Assembly (NCBI GenBank): GCA_965213685.1
Contig: CBDBZY010000064.1
Location: 448,001-512,000 of the forward strand
Source: a bacterium
Lineage (GTDB): Bacteria > UBA8248
Direction of reading: 5' to 3'
Length of the DNA stretch: 64,000 nucleotides
Shown piece after piece: positions 56,899 to 64,000 of the stretch. Position 1 is the first letter of the stretch. Each line of letters starts with the position of its first letter. The notes under the pieces were generated by a model that was not told the origin of the DNA, did no database searches, and saw nothing but the letters and a program-made list of their open reading frames with translations. The position numbers and the translations under genes are program-made.

Positions 56899-57650
56899 AT
56901 TAATGATACTCATAATTCAGTTGTTGTTCATTATTGTAACAGTAGTTCACAAAAGTTGCTAATACTCAAGCATTCTTCTGTAAGTACTAACTAATGTAGT
57001 AAATTGCTGAGAAAGCCTCTTCCCTTCCACATGCATGCACAATGCAGAGGGGTAGCAGGCACTAAAAATGTGGGGGGGCAAAAACTAAAGACCACATTTT
57101 CTTGTATTGCGTATCAATGGTGAAAGCATAATTTAGTACGCACGCTATACATTTATTGAAATAAATAGTGTCATCTGCCTATGCAGAGGCATTGCTAATA
57201 GCAAGAAATTGTTGGCAATAAAAAGTGGGGGGGGCAGCTACCCCCTCATGTGCCAGATGCAGCATGCATTGGCAAAATTCGTTGACCTTTAAAACATATT
57301 TTTCAGTAGCAAATACAACTCCAGAGTCCAAACACAGCACAGCTACTGTCCTATAGTGGCCTATAAAATATGCAGATACCTTACAAGAAAAGAGTTCCAA
57401 TGTATGTAGTTGGATACTATAATACTATATGTAATCGGCTAGTGACTGTCTCTACATAGGGATTCCTTACTACTGTATACTGTCATTTCCACGTCATCAA
57501 CACCTGTACAAATGGTAAATACATTCAGGAACTTTTGATGCTACCACGTAACAGGTATATATACCATACAATTATACTTTACGTCGCTATATTATTTTGC
57601 ATTCTATTTGACTGTAGAATGTGAATACATCAGTATACGTACCGTTGCAC

Positions 57651-58346
57651 TTAACGGCAGCGAGGAAGATGAACCCGAACACACACATCAGTGGGAAAGG
57701 CCTGCACGTAGACATCCACAGCTACGTTTCCCTTAGGTACTGGAACTGTGATTGGGACTTTAAGTGCCAGAGGACTGACTCGAGAACAGTCATTTGCAAT
57801 GGGCCTGTAGCACAGATTACCATTTCCTGTGGAGGGAAAGATTTAAGTTGTCAGCTCGCGAGTTGTTCAGTTGTAATGCCTTAACGCATGTATGCATATA
57901 GTAAGCCTAGAAAATCATACGATGTGCTACGTAAAACACTCACGGTCACAGACTCGGACATCCACAGTCACCCTTGCACCGAGGCTGATACCCAGGAAAT
58001 TAGTACCGCCAACATCCACCTTTACCCATCCACATTGGTTAGGCGTCACAGAGCAAACGTCCACGTTGACGAATGGAACATTCACGGGCACGCGGTCTCC
58101 CATACACTGTTGCTGCTGTACCTCCACCAACTCCCGAGGGTACTGCGGGTAATACATGGGCGAACGTGCCTCTGCGTCTTGAGCTCTCACAGACGCGAAC
58201 GGCTGGTAATACATAGGCGGCCGGTAATTAGAAGGAGCCCCAGCGTCATCAGCCATGGCTTCCTCAGTGTAAAGGGAACGAGCAGAGGCCGTGCACATGA
58301 GCCCCAACACGAGAATGGCTGACAGCGCGAGTCCAGCTGGATACAT
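57651..58346 (-). CDS. Unrecognised secreted precursor, copy 1 (192 aa, 2 exons)
   Basis: Exons 58346-57944 (GTGAGT donor) and 57826-57651. Signal peptide MYPAGLALSAILVLGLMCTASA, propeptide, QQQQ, then an 8-Cys Val-rich domain ending DVCVRVHLPRCR*. Confidence 0.8.
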
Positions 58347-58488
58347 GGTGCGTGGTCGTAACTGCTGAATGAGTGCGATAGTCTTCAAGTTGTCGACAGA
58401 GTATCGTGGAAACGGCTCTCCTTTGTCCTCCTTGTGCTGTGAGATTTAGTTGTTGTCGCTGCCGATGACTCCAGGCTGAGCGGTGGCC

Positions 58489-58498
58489 CTTTTATACT
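58489..58498 (-). promoter_or_regulatory. TATA box of secreted-precursor copy 1
   Basis: Minus strand gagTATAAAAgg about 145 bp upstream of the ATG; conserved in copy 2 at ~63543-63552. Confidence 0.6.
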
Positions 58499-59579
58499 CG
58501 TTCTTCCCCCCCGAGCTCAGAGGCCTCCCCCTCATTCCAGGAGCACTCCTGTTTCAGGAGTGCTCCTAGAAAGGGGGGGGGGCATGTCCGAATGAATGCT
58601 CCCAAACCCACGTAGGACCTAATTCGTTGGAATTGCCGCAAACGTACAGTGTAAATGCAACCTTCGTGGAATAGCTTTATCTGCATACCGAGAGGGTTTT
58701 GCTCATGAGTAACAAGTTCCCTGAATTTTAAACAAAAGGTTACCAACGGCCGGCATTAATTTACGTGTTGTACCAGGTTACAGAATTGTGCACGAACTGC
58801 AATATCAATGGCAACTGTCGCTACCGTTTGTTTATGCCCTCAATTTTATGCGCATTTACGAGGTGCGTTTGCGGGAATTTCAACGATTTAGCCAGGACTG
58901 GCCAGGGCAAATGGATATGCTGTGAGCAGTACGTTTTAGCAATGGGTGATATCCCATCTGGACCACTTGCTGTGTTGTTACTGCCGATGACTCCGCGCTG
59001 AGCAGTTGCCTCTCGTTCTTCCCACGGAGCACAGAGGCCTCCTCCTCCTTCCAAGAGCATCCGTTTCTGACAAAACTCACTCCGCAGATAAGGATGTTCC
59101 ACGAACCATGGAATTAAGGGACACATTTGAGGCTATTACAACGATTTAGGTTAAAGACATTGCTAGTACTAGCTAGTGCATGCATATTGGTCATTCTCAT
59201 AATTATTACGAGTCGTAAATATCCTGAATGTAAAAAAGAAAACAAAGGCCGGCCGTATTCTGGGTATTGTGTCAGGTTCCAAGATTGCATGTGCAGGGTT
59301 GCAATATCAATGGCATGCAGTTCCCACTACTGTTAGTTTATGCTCTAAATTGTATGCATGCTTACCGAGTGTTATAATACACTGACTGTCGGTCGTATGA
59401 AGAGTAGGGACAGGTGGCACAACTTCAGTTTGCCTTTTGGGGAACAGCTAGATGATAGCATACATTCCATTTTGATATAGGCCTAGTACCAGCACCAGTG
59501 TAGTCGTTGGCTGCTAATGCTATCACATGCTTGATAAGAAGTCTGACACAAAATGTGTCATTAGTTCGACGAGGATTGT

Positions 59580-59859
59580 CAGGGTTCTATGTAGAAAATT
59601 ACTTTTGAGGGGGAAGCGTCTTGCAGTGCAATGAAAACAATAGCTTACTACAGAAGTACACATTGTGTAGGGGGTCTGGGGGAGTATCCCCCAAGAAATA
59701 TTCTGATTTTGAGGTGTCTTTAAGTCATTTGATGCGATTTAGACCAAAAATCTCTTGGATGCCATGATCAGTGGCCAACTTTTGCGGGGGGAAGCTTGGG
59801 AGTTTGGGGGAGAAGCTTCCCCCCTGCCCCGCCTCCCCCCCCCAGTGGATAGAACCCTG
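59580..59859. mobile_element. MITE with CAGGGTTCTAT TIRs and 5-bp TSD ATTGT
   Basis: attgt|cagggttctat...atagaaccctg|attgt. Confidence 0.75.
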
Positions 59860-60539
59860 ATTGTTCTCTTTTCTATCACGCTTGCATGCATGACGGTTGT
59901 CTTCCACGCTAGCACGTATGTACATGTACGTGTCACATTATCGTGACCGTTAATTCGTGACATTTTCGTGTCCTCTGAGGAATAAAACACTCTTCTCTTA
60001 ACTTGTAAGTGGTGTGTTTGCTTTGCGAAGTACATATTACAGATTGGCACACCAGTTACACTTGGTAATAGCTGACTTCGATTGTGATAATTATGTCATA
60101 AGTCATAATGCGTTCGAAATTTGTGTGGGTGCTGTCTGCATCGCGGTACGTTGGGGCAGTAACTTCCTCCACTGCTCTCAAGTTACTATGTTTCGTGTAA
60201 TTCCCAGGACAGCTGATAGAATCTAAACAAGATTAAGGGCACCTTTCTCTGGTATCAATGGAATGCGTGCTTACCAAGTATTTCACTCGCACTGTCGGTC
60301 CCACGAATAGCTATTCACATTTCGCGTGCTTCAGAGAAAGCCGTGGACAGCTGTCACAACTTCAGTATACTTCCTGAAATCTTGTAGGAACAGATAATCT
60401 CATGCACACCATTCCATTTTCCTACTAGTGGACTCTCCCGGAATTCAAAGTGAGGCCTTAGCACAAGAAGACAAGTGTCATGTCCGCTGAGTTAATTGCT
60501 CCTGTGGCCAGTACTCAGGCAGTAGAACCCAGTTGGACC

Positions 60540-60733
60540 ATAAATACTATATTACCCACGTATCTGTGGTTGGACATACCTCATGATACTGTCTCAGCCA
60601 GTAATATACATACTTTTAAGTTACTTATATCTCCCTTATTTTCTTAATGTATTCATTTCTTTGGTTGCACTTGTATATTAGCTTACAGCTATTAGTGCTG
60701 CCTTGCCATGTGCAGAAAGTTATTATAAAAAAA
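60540..60733 (+). mobile_element. Short 3' fragment of a CR1/L2-type LINE
   Basis: IPHDTVSASNIHTFK-like ORF2 end, the tagcttacagcta stem-loop and an A tail. Confidence 0.6.
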
Positions 60734-62013
60734 GTACGTCTTGCCGTGCAAGATCGTACCACAAGTTTAACTTAGAACTATCTTCAGCCGTGTTACATCA
60801 TACGTCATAACGCGTTTAGCCCTCCTGCTAATATTTGTGGGGGTATAATTTCCGATCGCTCTCAGGGTACAGTATACCTGCCTAACTCCCAGGATCTGCT
60901 GATAGTCCTTAAAAAAGAGAGCACCTGATTCCCAGGTACTGACTCCTCGCCACAACAACACAGATTGAGAAGGACGAGCCAACATCGCACTCCGTATACT
61001 GATCCGTATACTTAGAATATGTTAGCACAGAGAAGTGATGGGACACCGCCCTTATCCAACACAGTTGGCACCCCACGGCAATATTGCAGGGTCGAATTCT
61101 AGCCACGCTATGATGTATCCACTGGCATTATGCACCTGCAAAATGCTAGGCCAAGCTGCCAGCCAGGTTGGAAACTCTCCTAGCAAAACTATATGTCGCT
61201 GCGGCGACGGAAAGTTTCAGATTCTTTAATACTTCACAAGCATGCGCCATTATAGCAGCAAGGCAAAACAAGAACGGGCAGCGAAAAACTACTCAGCAAT
61301 GAAGAGGGGAGTAGCAGGCTCTATAAGAGGAAAGAGGAAGCGGGGGTGGGGAGTTCAGGAGACGACTAGGGAGGCCTATCATGAATATATTGTTCCCCAC
61401 AGTAACAACTTACTCTGTGAATACCCTGCGACTGCGTGGATTGTTGTATCGTACCAGCTATCTAGGCTGGGTAAAGAGATTGGCTAGGTCCGTATTGATC
61501 CATTTCAGGTGTTATATGGGTGAAGTATACGGCAGTACTTCGTCGTCATTCCGTTGTCGTAATAATCGTACCTGGGAATCAGATCCACTCTTAATTGAAT
61601 TACAAACTTCATAGTATCGTTTTATCTGTAGAGCAAGTTTTGCTCAGAAATAGGGGTGCTCCTGGAACGAGGAGGAGGTCTCTGCGCTCCGCGCGTATAT
61701 AGTTCCTGACAAGTAACGTGATCAGCAGAGATTACAATTCTTGTAACCTGATCTGCTTGAATGCGGAGTGCCAGACTTTACATAAGCAGGCATAATAATA
61801 ATGTTAATGAATGTGAAGCAGTGTAATAGCTGACCCACCCAAGAACCGTTGCTGTCAAAGATTCCCACTTTCAATCTTCCAATTGTTCAAAAAAAATTTT
61901 AAATGATACTCATAATTCAGTTGTTGTTCATTATTGTAACAGTAGTTCACAACAGGGCACTATCAAATGTAGTAAATTGCTGAGAAAGCCTCTTCTCTTC
62001 CACATGCACAATG

Positions 62014-62238
62014 CAGAGGGGTAGCAGGCACTAGAAATGTGGGGGGGCAAACACCGAGAAAATTAAAGACCATTTTTTCTTGTATTGCGTATCAATGGTG
62101 ATAAATATTTAGTACACACACTATACATTAGATAGTGTCATCTGTCTATGCAGAGGCATTGCTGATACCAAGAAGTTGTTGGCAATAAAAAGTGTGGGGG
62201 CAACTGCCCCCCCTGCCCCCTCTTTTCCTACCCCTCTG
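62014..62238. mobile_element. MITE with CAGAGGGGTAG TIRs and 5-bp TSD CAATG
   Basis: caatg|cagaggggtag...ctacccctctg|caatg; damaged paralogous copy at ~57045-57247. Confidence 0.75.
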
Positions 62239-62658
62239 CAATGGGAACACAAATCCCGATCCTGCAGCATGCATTGGCAAAATTCTTAATGGTTGACCAT
62301 TAAAACATTTTTTTTCAGTAGCAAATACAACTCCAAACACAACACAGCTACTGTCCTATAGTGGCGTATAAAATATACAGATACCTTACAAAAAACGAGT
62401 TCCAATGTATATGTAGTTGGATACTATAATACTATGTAATGCTAGTGACTGTCTCTACATAGGGATTCCTTACTACTGTATACTGTCCACTATTGTAATT
62501 TCCACGTCATCAACACCTGTACAAATGGTAAATACATTCAGGAACTTTTGATGCTACCACGTAACAGGTATATATATCATAGAATTAACTATACGTCGCT
62601 ATATTATTTTGCATTCTATTTGTAGAATGTGAATACATCAGTATACGTACCGTTGCAC

Positions 62659-63401
62659 TTAACGGCAGCGAGGAAGATGAACCCGAACGCAAACATCAGT
62701 GGTGGGAAAGGCCTGCACGTAGACATCCACAGCTACGTTTCCCTTAGGTACTGGAACTGTGATTGGGACTTTAAGTGCCAGAGGACTGACTCGAGAACAG
62801 TCATTTGCGATGGGTGTGTAGCACAGATTACCATTTCCTGTGGAGGGAAAGATTTAAGTTGTTCAGTTGAAATGCCTTAACGCATGCATGCATATAGTAA
62901 GCCTATAGAAAATCATACGATGTGCTACGTAAAACACTCACGGTCACAGACTCGGACATCCACAGTCACCCTTGCACCGAGGCTGATACCCAGGAAATTA
63001 GTACCGCCAACATCCACCTTTACCCATCCGCATTGGTTAGGCGTCACAGAGCAAACGTCCACTTTGACGAATGGAACATTCACGGGCACGTGGGTTCCCA
63101 TACACTGTTGCTGCTGTACCTCCACCAACTCCCGAGGGTACTGCGGGTAATACATGGGCGAACGTGCCTCTGCGTCTTGAGCTCTAACCTGCTCCACAGA
63201 CGCGAACGGCTGGTAATACATGGGCGAACGTGCCTCTGCGTCTTGAGCTCTAAACTGCTCCACAGACGCGAACGGCTGGTAATTAGAAGGAGCCCCAGCA
63301 TCATCAGCCATGGCCTCCTCAGTGTAAAGGGAGCGAGCAGAGGCCGTGCACATTAGCCCCAACACGAGAAGGGCTGACAGCGCGAGTCCAGCTGGATACA
63401 T
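62659..63401 (-). CDS. Unrecognised secreted precursor, copy 2 (212 aa, 2 exons)
   Basis: Exons 63401-62942 and 62837-62659; carries an extra propeptide repeat relative to copy 1. Confidence 0.8.
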
Positions 63402-64000
63402 GGTGCGTGGTCGTAGCTGCTGAATGAGTGCGATAGTCTTCAAGTTGTCGACAGAGTATCGTGGAAACGGCTCTCCTTTGTCCTCCTTGTGCTGTGAGAT
63501 TTATTCGTTGTCGCTGCCGATGACTCCAGGCTGAGCGGTGGCTTTTTATACTCGTTCTCCCCCCGAACTCAGAGGTCTCCCCCTCATTTCCGGAGCACCC
63601 CTGTTTCTGACCAAAACCCTCTCGGTATGCAGATAACGCTATTCCACGAAGGTTACATTTACAAGGTACGTTTGCGGCAATTTCAACGAATTAGGTCTTA
63701 CGCTGGTTTGGGGGCACATGAGTAACAAGTTCCCTGAATTTTAAACAAAAGGTTACCAACGGCCGGCATCAATTTACGTGTTGTGCCAGGTTACGGAATT
63801 GCATGTGCACGGACTGCAGTATCTGTCGCTACCGTTAGTTTATGCCCTCAATTTTATGCGCTTTACAAGTACCGTTTTCCATAACATTTTTGCAACAAAA
63901 CAGTGCAAAGGACACATAATATAGCCAATCAGGGTATGCACCCTTTATTACTTTACACAGAGCAAAGTGTTTATAAAAAACGGAGCTTCAATATATTGTT

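Larger units (their letters stand above)
61700..63860. repeat. Segmental duplicate of 54730-58860 (without the RTEX insert)
   Basis: Collinear high identity from agttcctgac..gatcagcagagattacaattc through ..tatgccctcaattttatgcgc. Confidence 0.9.

Noticed and set aside
57621-58322. Plus-strand ORFs over the precursor genes (also 62629-63356)
   Set aside because: Antisense shadows of the minus-strand gene, which has the signal peptide, splice sites and TATA box.
60767-61614. Short ORFs in a CpG-richer stretch
   Set aside because: No recognisable motifs; cannot assign without a search.

Overview
Intron-rich eukaryotic DNA, most likely a demosponge (inferred from domain types, short introns and repeat families). 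Host genes: a 5'-incomplete multi-exon FN3/Ig type-I receptor with a Tyr-motif tail (180-15275, one frameshifted Ig exon); peroxiredoxin-5; three ELOVL elongases with intronless CDSs plus a decayed fourth; an SV2-like MFS transporter with a pentapeptide-repeat luminal loop; two tandem UCP4/SLC25A27 paralogs; and two tandem copies of an unrecognised secreted precursor with a variable repeated propeptide and an 8-Cys core. Mobile DNA is dense: several CR1/L2-type LINEs (one with an intact ORF2), an RTEX-like LINE, a Gypsy relic, a tRNA-like SINE, two MITE classes, and a 2.6-kb nested palindrome. Best leads: a putative -1 ribosomal frameshift joining LINE ORF1 to an AUG-less ORF2, the self-homogenising nested palindrome, the secreted peptide-precursor family, and a hammerhead ribozyme in a UCP4 intron. 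All coordinates were read by eye.
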